A stretch of DNA of 64,000 nt from Dehalococcoidia bacterium (lineage in GTDB: Bacteria; Chloroflexota; Dehalococcoidia; Bin125). A model generated the notes under the pieces. The model was not told the origin of the DNA and made no database searches. It saw only the letters and a list, made by a program, of their open reading frames with translations. Both the position numbers and the translations under genes were made by a program. Below are positions 1 through 9,135 of this stretch, one piece after another; positions within the stretch are counted from its first letter, which is position 1; each line of letters opens with the position of its first letter. Location: positions 672,001 to 736,000 of the forward strand of contig CAXXSR010000001.1 in assembly GCA_963662615.2 (NCBI GenBank). The letters are read 5' to 3'.

Positions 1-168
1 TTCGGGCTGTGCCGCCCTCGCTGCCTCCACGGCGGCGGCGATATCGGCCGCGTCGGAGCTGGGAAAGGTGTGGATCGCCGCCCCCGTGGCCGGATTCCGA
101 TTGGCAAATCTGCGTCCGCTCTGGGCCGGAACCCATTCACCGTTGATGTAGTTGTGGTATTGCTCCAT
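1..168 (-). CDS. Aldehyde dehydrogenase family protein, 5' part (runs off window)
   Basis: Manual translation MEQYHNYINGEWVPAQSGRRFANRNPATG...DIAAAVEAARAA, a typical ALDH N-terminus; not in ORF track. Confidence 0.85.
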   Translation of the reverse strand, partial: MEQYHNYINGEWVPAQSGRRFANRNPATGAAIHTFPSSDAADIAAAVEAARAAQPE

Positions 169-403
169 CTGCTGCCCCCTTCCCCGCCTTCCGCCCGCTC
201 GCGATCGCGCTGCCCCCGTGCCGCGATGCGACGCGCTCACCCCTGCCACGTCCCTGCTGGAGCAGTCCGCCTTCCGCCGGCCGTTGCGAGCAAGATCGAA
301 GAGAGTGCGGGCGCGGGCAAAGCGGCGAACCGGAGCTGCGCGCGCACCAGCGCCCCCCGCCATGGCCAACGAAGCCGGCGGGGAGCGCGCGTCCCCCGTG
401 CCG

Positions 404-796
404 TTACGCCTTCCACCCCGCCACGTCGAAGTCGGCCGGCAGGAAGATGTAGAGCGCGCGCACCGGCCCCTCCAGCACGCGCCCGTTGTGTCCCTTGCCC
501 GTGGAGTCGTCTGCCAAGAACGCATCCAGCGGCCCCCACTGCCGCTTCTGGCCGTCGCTGGTCTCGGCCTCTAACCTGCCCGCCAGGACCAGACCGATCA
601 GCGGCGCGGCGACGTTGTGCCAACCCGACTCAAACCCCACCGGCAGCTCCAGGAGGCGCACACCCGAGGTGGGGATGTCGTTCGAGGCCAGGAACTTGAC
701 GCCCAGCGCGTTCTCGGCCTCGGTCTCCACGGGGATCTCCAGCTCCTCGAACCTGGACTCCCCGTCCGCAGTGGCGTAGAACCGGGTCACTTTCAC
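404..796 (-). CDS. Cupin-fold protein
   Basis: YATADGESRFEE, WHN..., GRLEAETSDG, DDSTGKGH motifs of a small cupin family. Confidence 0.75.
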   Translation of the reverse strand: MKVTRFYATADGESRFEELEIPVETEAENALGVKFLASNDIPTSGVRLLELPVGFESGWHNVAAPLIGLVLAGRLEAETSDGQKRQWGPLDAFLADDSTGKGHNGRVLEGPVRALYIFLPADFDVAGWKA

Positions 797-865
797 TGCA
801 ATCTCCTTCGTTGCGGCCCTGCCGGGCGCATCCTAGCAAAGCCCTTCGCGGCCCCGACGACGCTC

Positions 866-940
866 CCGTTCGCCTTGACCTGTCCTTGCCTTCCTGGGAA
901 GGAGCCTGCCTGTCCTGAGCGCAGCCGAAGGGTCGAAGGG
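866..940. repeat. Nested palindromic micro-repeat, copy A
   Basis: ccgttcgccttga[cctgtccttgccttcctgggaagga]gcct[gcctgtcctgagcgcagccgaagg]gtcgaaggg; shares CTGTCCT...GAAGG units with six other loci. Confidence 0.85.
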
Positions 941-993
941 CCGCAGGCGCGACCGGCGCCTGCCCGCCGCCCTGACGACGCTGAGGAGAAAGA

Positions 994-1070
994 TGGTCGG
1001 GGTGGGCGGATTCGAACCGCCGGCCTCACGGCCCCAAACCGCGCGCTCTACCAGGCTGAGCTACACCCCG
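994..1070 (-). tRNA. tRNA-Pro(TGG)
   Basis: Reverse complement CGGGGTGTAGCTCAGCCTGGTAGAGCGCGCGGTTTGGGGCCGTGAGGCCGGCGGTTCGAATCCGCCCACCCCGACCA: cloverleaf, TGG anticodon, TTCGAA T-loop, encoded CCA. Confidence 0.97.
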
Positions 1071-1139
1071 CTGCACTCCGAGCGGTGGCTCCGCTCTACG
1101 CTATGCCGCCACCCCGGCCGCTCGCAAGTCACGCTGCCT

Positions 1140-2084
1140 CTAGCCGTTCCGGGCCGCCCCGACCAGCTCCGAGATCGACTCCACCCCTTGCTCCCGGCAG
1201 TACGCCCCCAGCTCCTCCAACACATGCAGCGGCGCCAGCGGGTCGCGGAACGTGGCCGTCCCTACCTGCACCGCGCTCGCCCCGGCCAGGATGTACTCGG
1301 CCGCATCCCGACCGCTGCAGATGCCGCCGCTGCCGATCACCGGAATGGTCACCTCTCGCGCCGTCTCCCAGACCAGGCGCAGCGCCTGGGGCCGGATCGC
1401 CGGCCCCGTCAGGCCGGCCGTGGGCCGCTGCGTGCGCGGCCGCCGCGTGTACACGTCAATGGCCATCCCCAGGAACGAATTGGCGACGCAGAGGGCATGC
1501 GCGCCCGCCGCCTCCACCGCCACCGCCAGCGGCACGATGTCCGTCACGTTGGGGGTCAACTTCACGATCACGGGCAGCGTCGTGGCGCTCACCGTCGCCG
1601 CCGTCACCTCGGCCGCCGCCCTCGGATCCTGCCCGAACTCCATCCCCCCCACGTCCAGATTGGGACAAGAGATATTCAGCTCCAGACCCGCCACGCCCGG
1701 CACGCCGTCCAGCTCCCCCGCCAGCGTCGCGAACTCGCCCACCGTCTCCCCGAGCACGTTGACGACGACCGGCGTGTCCCAGGTCGCCCACACCGGACAG
1801 ACGTCCCGCACCAGCTTGCGCAGGCCGATGTTCTGGAAGCCAATGCTGTTGAGCATCCCCGCCGGCGTCTCCACGATGCGCGGCGTCGGATTTCCTTTGC
1901 GCGGCTGCAGCGTCAGCCCCTTGGAGACGACGGCCCCCAGCCGCTGGACATCGAAGACCTTGCTGAACTCCAGCCCGTTGCCAAACGTGCCAGAGCCGGT
2001 CATGACCGGGTTGCGCAGGACAAGGCTGCGCTTGCAGTTGGGCGCCAGGTCCACGGACAGGTCCAGCTCCACGGCGCGGGTCAT
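1140..2084 (-). CDS. pyrD: Dihydroorotate dehydrogenase B, catalytic subunit
   Basis: NPVMTGSGTFG, GNPTPRIVETPAGMLNSIG, ELNISCPN, VKLTPNVTDI, GLTGPAIRP. Confidence 0.95.
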   Translation of the reverse strand: MTRAVELDLSVDLAPNCKRSLVLRNPVMTGSGTFGNGLEFSKVFDVQRLGAVVSKGLTLQPRKGNPTPRIVETPAGMLNSIGFQNIGLRKLVRDVCPVWATWDTPVVVNVLGETVGEFATLAGELDGVPGVAGLELNISCPNLDVGGMEFGQDPRAAAEVTAATVSATTLPVIVKLTPNVTDIVPLAVAVEAAGAHALCVANSFLGMAIDVYTRRPRTQRPTAGLTGPAIRPQALRLVWETAREVTIPVIGSGGICSGRDAAEYILAGASAVQVGTATFRDPLAPLHVLEELGAYCREQGVESISELVGAARNG

Positions 2085-2190
2085 CGTGGCCTTCCCCTCC
2101 GGCCGATTCTAGATCGCCGCCCGGTCTCCGAGTCGAGCGGCCGGTCCAGCGCCGCGCGGGGGAGGGTATGGGGACGCGGGCACAAGACAA

Positions 2191-2217
2191 ACCGCCCTTC
2201 CGGATCGGAAGGGCGGT
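2191..2217 (-). terminator. Rho-independent terminator
   Basis: 12-bp stem accgcccttccg/cggaagggcggt followed on the minus strand by TTGTCTTGT, just downstream of the 2254-2547 ORF. Confidence 0.65.
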
Positions 2218-2253
2218 GCCATGGCCCGTAGGCCGTGCTGCCGGTCCAAACTC

Positions 2254-2547
2254 TCAGGCGGGGACCACATTCTCCCCCGACACCGGCTCTTCCAGGGCGC
2301 GGCGGCGGCGGGAGGTCCCCATCTCGTTCCAGCGCGAGCGCCCCTCCGCCCCGTCCCAGATGGAGTCTTCCGAGGAGTTGGGGAACTTCCGCTGGCGACC
2401 GCACAACTTACAGTGCCCGGCGCTCTTGGGCCCGTTTGGGGGATCGATCACCCAGTGGTGGTGACACCGCGGCCTGCGACGGCCGCGCGCCGGCATCCCC
2501 GGGGCGCTCGCTCGAGTGCCGCGGGTGCCAATGGTGTTCGTCGCCAT
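2254..2547 (-). CDS. Small putative zinc-binding protein (CxHHW...CxxC)
   Basis: CHHHWVIDPPNGPKSAGHCKLCG motif; GGGAGG RBS upstream of ATG; terminator downstream. Confidence 0.75.
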   Translation of the reverse strand: MATNTIGTRGTRASAPGMPARGRRRPRCHHHWVIDPPNGPKSAGHCKLCGRQRKFPNSSEDSIWDGAEGRSRWNEMGTSRRRRALEEPVSGENVVPA

Positions 2548-2625
2548 GCCTCCCGCAATTCCTTCCTGCCAACCCCCGCAGGCGCTCTTCGCGCGTCGCC
2601 TAAAGAGTCCTCACCGATGCAATCA

Positions 2626-2718
2626 TTGACAGCGATCTTGCCCACTGTCAAGGATCATAAGCAAAATACGGTATCCAACGTGTAAACCTTGACACCTTCG
2701 CTCAACCGTCAATACGAT
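2626..2718. promoter_or_regulatory. Divergent promoter region with TTGACAG-N12-CTGTCAA palindrome and sigma70-like TTGACA-N18-TACGAT
   Basis: AT-richer stretch; inverted repeat 2626-2651; TTGACA 2689-2694 and TACGAT 2713-2718. Confidence 0.5.
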
Positions 2719-2783
2719 GGATCAAGCCGGAGAGATTCGTGCCCACCACCCGGCGGCTCTCTCTGGTCCCTGGCGGAGGTCCG

Positions 2784-3416
2784 ATGCACGCGACGCGCGA
2801 GCGGATCCTCGCCCACCTCAAGCGGCAGCCGCGAGCCAGCGTGGGCGCGCTCGCTGAATCCCTTGACCTCGCTTCCATGACCGTTCGCCAGCACCTCACC
2901 AAGATGTCCGGCGATGGCCTCGTCGAAGCCCAGGCCGAGCGCCGCCCCACCGGTCGCCCCGCCCACGTGTATTCCCTGACGCCGAAAGGGGAGGATCGGT
3001 TCCCCAAGGCCTACGATCGACTCGCCAAGCTCCTCTTGGAGGAAGTCACCGCCCTCGACCCCGAAGAGATCGTCGGCCTCAGCCCCGAACAGCGGCGCGC
3101 GCTCCTCTTTCGCCGCAGCGCCCAGCGCGCGGCCGAGCCGCATCGGGCCGAATTGGAACGCCTGCAAGGCCGCCCGCGGCTGGAGGCAGCCGCGGCCATC
3201 ATGCGGGGTGAGAGCGGTTTCACGGAGTTGGAAGACTCCAGCGCCGGCGTCCTGGTCCGGGAATACAACTGTGTCTACAAGCGCGTGGTGGAAGAGCATA
3301 ACGACGTCTGTATCTTCCACACGGAATACGTCAGTCTGCTCGTAGGGGCGCCCGTTGAGCTTGAAGGGTGCCAGTGCGACGGCGCCAACGCCTGCACGTT
3401 TCGCGTCTCCCTGTAG
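2784..3416 (+). CDS. SufR-like winged-HTH transcriptional regulator
   Basis: TRERILAHLK...VRQHL, GRPAHVYSLT, FPKAY; C-terminal Cys (YNC, DVC, CQCDGANAC); GGAGGT RBS. Confidence 0.8.
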   Translation: MHATRERILAHLKRQPRASVGALAESLDLASMTVRQHLTKMSGDGLVEAQAERRPTGRPAHVYSLTPKGEDRFPKAYDRLAKLLLEEVTALDPEEIVGLSPEQRRALLFRRSAQRAAEPHRAELERLQGRPRLEAAAAIMRGESGFTELEDSSAGVLVREYNCVYKRVVEEHNDVCIFHTEYVSLLVGAPVELEGCQCDGANACTFRVSL

Positions 3417-3461
3417 GAGGCGGACGCCCCGGCGCAACGCCCTACTCCGGAGGAGTGCTGC

Positions 3462-4514
3462 ATGGCGATCACGGAAGCGGCGGTCCTGGCCGCCCTGAGC
3501 GAGGTCCAGGATCCGGAACTACACCGCGACCTGGTCACGCTCAACATGATTCAGGACTTGGTGGTAGAGAATGAAACCGTCTCTCTGAAGGTCGTTCTCA
3601 CCACCCCCGCCTGCCCCCTCCGCGGCCAGATCGAATCCGAAGTCACTGCTGCCCTCAACGCCGCCGGCGCCAAGGACGTCAACATTGCCTGGGGCGCCAG
3701 CGTGCCCTCGTTCGCCCAGCCGGATGGCCCGGAGCCCATTGAGGGCGTCAAGAACATCGTCGCTATTGCCTCCAACAAGGGCGGCGTGGGCAAGTCCACT
3801 GTCGCCTCCAACCTCGCCGTGGCCCTCGCGCACGCCGGCGCCGCCGTAGGCCTCATCGACGCCGACATCACCGGCCCCAACCTCCCCACCATGTTCGGCT
3901 TGTCCGCCGGCTTTCAGGCGCAGAGCGAACAAGGGCTCCATCCCGTTGAGCGCTACGGCGTCAAGCTCATCTCGCTCGGCTTCCTGCTCCCGCCCAATTC
4001 GCCGGTCGTCTGGCGCGGCCCCATGATCGGCAGCGGCGTCCGCCAGCTCCTCCACGATGTCACCTGGGGCGAGATCGACTATCTCTTCGTCGATCTTCCC
4101 CCCGGCACCAGCGACGCTCCCATGTCCATGGCGCAGCAGGCGCCCATCGCCGGCGCCATCATCGTCTCCACGCCCCAGCCCGTCGCGCTGGAGGACGCCG
4201 GCAAGGCCATTACCATGTTTGAAAAGCTCAACGTGCCCATCTTCGGCATCATTGAGAACATGTCCTACTTCATCACTCCCGACACGGGCCACCGCGTGGA
4301 GATCTTTGGCCACGGCGGCGCCCGTGAGGCGGCCGACGAGCACGGCATCGACTTTCTCGGCGAGATTCCGCTGGCCACGGAACTGCGCCGCGCCGGCGAC
4401 GAGGGCCACCCCCTCGTCGAATCTGATCCCTACTCGCCGGTCAGCCAGGCCTTCACGCAGATCGCCCAGACGATCGCGGCCAAATTGAGCGTCTTGACCC
4501 TCATGCAGACCTAG
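3462..4514 (+). CDS. mrp: Mrp/NBP35 (ApbC) Fe-S cluster carrier ATPase
   Basis: N-terminal DPEL..LTTPACP domain, KGGVGKST Walker A, WRGPM, DLPPGTSD, GIIENMS. Confidence 0.93.
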   Translation: MAITEAAVLAALSEVQDPELHRDLVTLNMIQDLVVENETVSLKVVLTTPACPLRGQIESEVTAALNAAGAKDVNIAWGASVPSFAQPDGPEPIEGVKNIVAIASNKGGVGKSTVASNLAVALAHAGAAVGLIDADITGPNLPTMFGLSAGFQAQSEQGLHPVERYGVKLISLGFLLPPNSPVVWRGPMIGSGVRQLLHDVTWGEIDYLFVDLPPGTSDAPMSMAQQAPIAGAIIVSTPQPVALEDAGKAITMFEKLNVPIFGIIENMSYFITPDTGHRVEIFGHGGAREAADEHGIDFLGEIPLATELRRAGDEGHPLVESDPYSPVSQAFTQIAQTIAAKLSVLTLMQT

Positions 4515-4523
4515 GGGCACACC

Positions 4524-5645
4524 GTGGCACGATTCCTCCGGCGATCGCCGGACAACGCATCCGAGCACATCTCCACTTCTGAGACCGTCGATCCACCCAC
4601 TTCTGAGCCCGCCGATCCACCCAAGCGCACGTCCCGGCGCGGACGCGGGCGAGGGGCGGCTAAAGCGGCGACGGCGGCCACGGAGACGACGGCGACTTCG
4701 AGCGATCGCGGCGCTGCCGAGAGCGCGCCCTCGCCCCGCTCCGACCGCGCCCGCGCGGCATCCCGCAGCCCGCAGGCTCCGGCTCCCGCCCCCCCGCCGG
4801 CCGCCACCAAGAGCGCCGAGGCGCCCAAGCGCAAGCGTGCCCCGCGCCGGGCCAAGCAAGACGCGCCGGCCAAGCAAAGTGCAACGGCCCAGCAAGGCGC
4901 GACGGCGAAGCAAGGCGCAACAGCGAAGCAAGGCGCAACAGCGAAGCAAGGCGCAACAGCGAAGCCCGCCGCCGCTTCAGATGGCGAAAGCGACATCGCT
5001 CAACTCCTGCGGCAGCAGGCCGAGCTCATGGAGAAGCAGACGGCGCTGCTGGGCTCGCTCCTGGAGGCGCAGAAGCAAGAGGGCCGCCACATCGAGGAGC
5101 TGGTCCGCCGCCGGGCGCCCCTGGAATCCGACGGCGACGGGCTCTCCCTGGCGCTCAAGCCCCGTCTCGCCGTCTTCGTCGACGTCCCCAACATCCTCTA
5201 CGGCGCGGAACGGTCCGGAGTCACGCTGGATTGGGCCAAGGTCGCCAACTTCCTCTCGCGCGGCCGCACCCTCGTCCGCGCCGTCGCCTACGCCCCCATC
5301 TCCGACGACCCCAGCGCCCGCCAAGAGAACGAGCGCTTCGTCGTGCCCTTCCTGGACAAGGGCTACCGCATCGTCACCAAACCGCTCAAGCGCTTCGCCG
5401 GCGGCAGCGTCAAGGCCAACTTCGACGTCGAACTCGCCATCGACATCCTCACCATGGCCGACCGTTTGGACGTCATCGCCCTCGCCTCGGGCGACGGCGA
5501 TTTCCGCCGCCTGGTCGAGATCGTCGGCAGCCAGGGCGTGCGCGTGGAGGTGATCGCCTTCGGCCACAGCACCTCCGACGATCTCCGCGCCGCCGCCGAC
5601 CGCTACATCGATATCGCCGCGTACATCCCGGAACTCAGCGCCTAG
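4524..5645 (+). CDS. NYN (LabA/DUF88, PIN-like) domain protein with long low-complexity N-terminus
   Basis: FVDVPN, KANFDVELAID, SGDGDF, LRAAADRYID motifs. Confidence 0.88.
   Translation: MARFLRRSPDNASEHISTSETVDPPTSEPADPPKRTSRRGRGRGAAKAATAATETTATSSDRGAAESAPSPRSDRARAASRSPQAPAPAPPPAATKSAEAPKRKRAPRRAKQDAPAKQSATAQQGATAKQGATAKQGATAKQGATAKPAAASDGESDIAQLLRQQAELMEKQTALLGSLLEAQKQEGRHIEELVRRRAPLESDGDGLSLALKPRLAVFVDVPNILYGAERSGVTLDWAKVANFLSRGRTLVRAVAYAPISDDPSARQENERFVVPFLDKGYRIVTKPLKRFAGGSVKANFDVELAIDILTMADRLDVIALASGDGDFRRLVEIVGSQGVRVEVIAFGHSTSDDLRAAADRYIDIAAYIPELSA
4869..4964 (+). repeat. 18-bp coding tandem repeat (AKQGAT x~5)
   Basis: gcgaagcaaggcgcaaca units, last ones identical. Confidence 0.9.
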
Positions 5646-5735
5646 CGTTCCCCGCCCGCGCTCCCCACGACGGACCAGCGAGACGAGAGCGGCGGATGCG
5701 CGCACTCGTCCGGCTGGGCGCCGCCCCGGCGCGGA

Positions 5736-6581
5736 TCAGGGAAGCGGCCGGAACACCCGCTTGCCGCCGTCCTGCACGGCGTGCCCCAGGCCGGGGAAGG
5801 GGAAGTGGCCGCTGGCGATCAGCGCCCCCTCCTCCTCAATGCGATCGAACAGGGCCAGGCGGTTCCGCGCTGCCTCCTCTGGATCAAGGTCGGCCGACGC
5901 GCACCAGCTTGTCTCGGTGAGCTGCTCCGGTTGATGGGCCGCGTCGCCAAGGAGGTAGGCGCGTTCGCCGCCGCTGGCGACGACGAAGGAGACGTGTCCG
6001 GGCGTGTGTCCCGGCGTGGGCACCGTCACCACCTCGCTGGTGACCGCGTGCTCGCCCTCCACCAGGTCCAGCTGGCCGGCCCGCTCAATGGGGGCCAGCA
6101 AGGTGTCGTAGTCCGACGAGCGCGCCGCCCCCTTGGCCGGGCCCGTCCAGTATTCCCACTCGCGTCGCTGCACCACGTGGCGCGCGTTGGGGAACAGCGG
6201 CACGGGGCTGCCCCCTTCGTCCACGGTGTTCCAGCCGCAGTGGTCAAAGTGGAGATGCGTGAACACCACAACCTCCACCGCTTCCGGCTTCACACCGGCC
6301 GCCTCCATCACCTCGGGAAGCGCCGCCGGCTCCTGTAGCGCCATCGGCGAGGGACGCCCGCCGATCCCCGTATCAACCAGGATCGTCCGGCCGGCGCTGT
6401 GAATCAGCCAGACGCCCAGGTTGAGCGTGAGATTGCCGTCGGCGTCCAGCAGCTCCCTGTAGGGGTCCCACGCCTCGGCCGGCACCGAAGGGAAGAACTC
6501 ACCCGGTGCCCGCGCCACCCAGCTGTCGCGCAACGCGATCAGCTCCGCATTGCCTATCCGCGTCTTGTGGAATCGGGCCAT
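5736..6581 (-). CDS. MBL-fold metallo-hydrolase
   Basis: LVDTG, THLHFDHCG, TPGHTPGH, GDAAH, GHFPFPG. Confidence 0.92.
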   Translation of the reverse strand: MARFHKTRIGNAELIALRDSWVARAPGEFFPSVPAEAWDPYRELLDADGNLTLNLGVWLIHSAGRTILVDTGIGGRPSPMALQEPAALPEVMEAAGVKPEAVEVVVFTHLHFDHCGWNTVDEGGSPVPLFPNARHVVQRREWEYWTGPAKGAARSSDYDTLLAPIERAGQLDLVEGEHAVTSEVVTVPTPGHTPGHVSFVVASGGERAYLLGDAAHQPEQLTETSWCASADLDPEEAARNRLALFDRIEEEGALIASGHFPFPGLGHAVQDGGKRVFRPLP

Positions 6582-6597
6582 GCGACGCTCCCCCCTG

Positions 6598-7395
6598 TCA
6601 GGCTCGCCCCTCGCGCCTCTTCAACGCAGCTTTGAGCTCCCGCAACCGTGTTCGCGCCAAGGTAGCGTACCCCTCCACCGACTCGATCAGCAGCCAGTCG
6701 CGCCCGTGCTGCGCCGCCGCCAGCGCCAGTGTCCCCGCCCCGCCGAAGGGGTCCAGCACCACCTCGCCCGGCTTCGTCGCCACCAGGATCAGCCGCTCCA
6801 CCAGCGCCAGCGGTTTCTGCGACGGGTGCTTCCCGTGCGCGCGCTCTCCCTTCGGTGTGACCGAGAACTCCCAGAGGTTGCGCAACTGCCGGCCGTTGTT
6901 CATCTCCTTGGCGTCCCAGTAGTTGAACGTCCAGCCCGTCGCCTTCCCTTTCCCCGACGGCGTCCCGTTCACCGCCCAGACCAGGTGCTCCGTGCTCTCC
7001 GTCAGCGTGCGCGCCGTGATGTTGGGCTGCGCGTTCGGCTTGTACCAGACGATGGAGTTGAGGATGCGACGGTCCAGCCCGCTTTGGAGGATGAACCCAA
7101 GCTGATAGATGTTGTGGTACGTGCCGAAGACAATGATGTTGCCGTTCGGCTTGACCACCCGGCAGACCTCGCGCAGCCATTCCACGTTGAAGCGGAAGAA
7201 GTCGTCGTCACCGAAGCGGTCCCACGATTCCTGCATCGTCACGTGCGAGGAGAAGGCCCAGCCCAGCCCCCGCTTCTTGCTCATGTTGAAGGGTGGGTCG
7301 GCGATGCAGTGATCGAAGCAGCCGTCCGGCCAGCCCCGCAACACTGCCAGCGCGTCGCCGTGGATGATCTTGTTGTGGGGCGGCTTGCGGGGCAT
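6598..7395 (-). CDS. Site-specific DNA methyltransferase (N6A/N4C, beta class)
   Basis: ADPPFN catalytic motif, GTYHNIY, HPSQKP, VLDPFGGAGT SAM-binding motif. Confidence 0.92.
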   Translation of the reverse strand: MPRKPPHNKIIHGDALAVLRGWPDGCFDHCIADPPFNMSKKRGLGWAFSSHVTMQESWDRFGDDDFFRFNVEWLREVCRVVKPNGNIIVFGTYHNIYQLGFILQSGLDRRILNSIVWYKPNAQPNITARTLTESTEHLVWAVNGTPSGKGKATGWTFNYWDAKEMNNGRQLRNLWEFSVTPKGERAHGKHPSQKPLALVERLILVATKPGEVVLDPFGGAGTLALAAAQHGRDWLLIESVEGYATLARTRLRELKAALKRREGRA

Positions 7396-7491
7396 GCCCC
7401 ATTAGATCATGCCGCCGATCGAGAGGGAAGGCCCTCCGCCGCCCGACCCGCTAGCATGACGCCGCTGTCCCGTCGCAGCGTGGAGGAGTCA

Positions 7492-7992
7492 ATGCCCGAG
7501 CACCGCTTCCCCGTTGAGGCGGGCCACATCCTGCTCTTCGCCCGCGCCATGGGCGACCCCAACCCCATCTACGCCGATGCCGACTACGCGCAGACCACCG
7601 AGGTCGGCGGCATCATCGCCCCGCCCACCTTCGAGCGCGCCAGCGTCCAGTTCGACCCCAGCTACCACCTGCGTCCCAAGAGCGGCGAGCCCTGGTTCGG
7701 CTCCGGCCGCGAGCCCTCCGGCGGCCCGCATCCGCAGGCTCCCGAGGGCGGCACCGCCATGCACGCCGAGCAGCACTACGAATACCACCGGCCCCTCCGC
7801 CCCGGCGACCTCCTCACCGTCAAGACCAGACCGGGCAAGCGCTGGGAGCGCGCGGGCCGCCGCGCCGGCACGCTCTCCTTCGCCGAGACGGTCCATGACT
7901 ACTATGACCTGCACGGCGACCTGGTGATGACCGCCCGCCACATCCGCGTCCGCACCGAGCGCGTCGTCGATCAGGAGGAGGAGCGGGCATGA
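7492..7992 (+). CDS. MaoC/FAS1-like hotdog dehydratase subunit
   Basis: FPVEAGHILLFARAMGDPNPIY, APPTF, HAEQHYEYHRPL; GGAGGAG RBS. Confidence 0.85.
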   Translation: MPEHRFPVEAGHILLFARAMGDPNPIYADADYAQTTEVGGIIAPPTFERASVQFDPSYHLRPKSGEPWFGSGREPSGGPHPQAPEGGTAMHAEQHYEYHRPLRPGDLLTVKTRPGKRWERAGRRAGTLSFAETVHDYYDLHGDLVMTARHIRVRTERVVDQEEERA

Positions 7993-8414
7993 CGCCGCTG
8001 AAGGCGAGCCGGCTCCACGCGGGTGACACCTACGATGAGGTCGTCGTCGACAACCTCAGCCGCACCCAGATCGTCATGTACGCCGGCGCCTCCGGCGACT
8101 ACAATCCCCTCCACACCGACGAGGTCTGGGCCACTAAGGTCGCCGGCTACCCCACCGTCTTCGCGCACGGCATGCTGACCATGGGCCTCACCGGCAAGGC
8201 GCTCACCAATTACGTGGGCGACGGCCGCCTCACGAGATTCAGCGTCCGCTTCACACGACAGGTTTGGCCGGGTGATACGCTCACCTCGAAAGTCACCGTG
8301 GAGGCGCTGCGCCAAGAGGACGGCGGGCACTACGTCGATTTGGCCGTCTCGACGGTGAACCAGGACGGGCATGAGGTCGTGCGGGGCAACGCCACCGCCC
8401 TGATCGACGCGTAA
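7989..8414 (+). CDS. MaoC family dehydratase
   Basis: YAGASGDYNPLHTDE, AHGML; ATGA overlap with upstream gene. Confidence 0.9.
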   Translation: MTPLKASRLHAGDTYDEVVVDNLSRTQIVMYAGASGDYNPLHTDEVWATKVAGYPTVFAHGMLTMGLTGKALTNYVGDGRLTRFSVRFTRQVWPGDTLTSKVTVEALRQEDGGHYVDLAVSTVNQDGHEVVRGNATALIDA

Positions 8415-8599
8415 TCTGCGGCCGCGTCCGTCCCCACCGGTTCGCCGCAGGCGGACACCAGCTCGGCCCCGCCGTCACGCAGCTCACGCGGCAGTCTGTC
8501 CTTCTCGGACTCGAACACCGGCATGGCGGCCTCCCATCAGCGGTGGCGGGAGCATAGCCCTCGTCCGCGGCCTTCGGCACCCACCGTCCGCGGGCCGGG

Positions 8600-9100
8600 T
8601 CATGGCGAATACTGGTCGTGGCGACGGACCCAAGCCATCGGCCATTCGAGCTGGTCCTCGTCTCGACCGCGCGGCGCGAGATCCAGCAGTTGATACGCGC
8701 CATTGAGGGCATCGACGCCACGCGCGTACGTCGAGTACGTGTGGTAGACCGTGCCCTCGTGCAGCGCGAACGCGCTCAGGCCGTGCAATTCATCCCCAGG
8801 GTTGGGCACGTGTCGGTAGTTGTATTCCGCGCCCGACGCCTGCTCCTCCGGCGTAAACGAGACCCCGAAGTCAAAGTTGAAGCGCGAAGGGGCGGACGAC
8901 ACCCACGGAAACGTCCACCCCATGCGTTGGCGGTACGCCCCAATCCGCTCCAACGGCGCCCGCGAGCAACACGTGAAGGTGACGTCTCGTGCGGCGAGGT
9001 GGATCCCAAGACCCTCGTACGTGTCCGCCCAGAAGGAGCAGCTCGGGCACCCCTCCTCCCACTCCGGACCCATCATGAAGTGGTAGACGAGAAGCTGTGA
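8600..9100 (-). pseudogene. DUF899 (thioredoxin-like) gene, 5'-truncated at the IS3 end
   Basis: SQLLVYHFMMGP..GCPSCSFWAD...HTYSTYARG...WVRRHDQY; frame begins exactly at the IS border. Confidence 0.82.
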
Positions 9101-9135
9101 GTGACCTGCCCCCGATTGTTGTACCAGGGCTTAAG

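Noticed and set aside
940-1140. tRNA-Pro as an integration site
   Set aside because: No integrase and no duplicated tRNA 3' end seen in the window.
6550-7491. N-terminal extension of the MaoC ORF
   Set aside because: Antisense to the methyltransferase; RBS supports the ATG at 7492.
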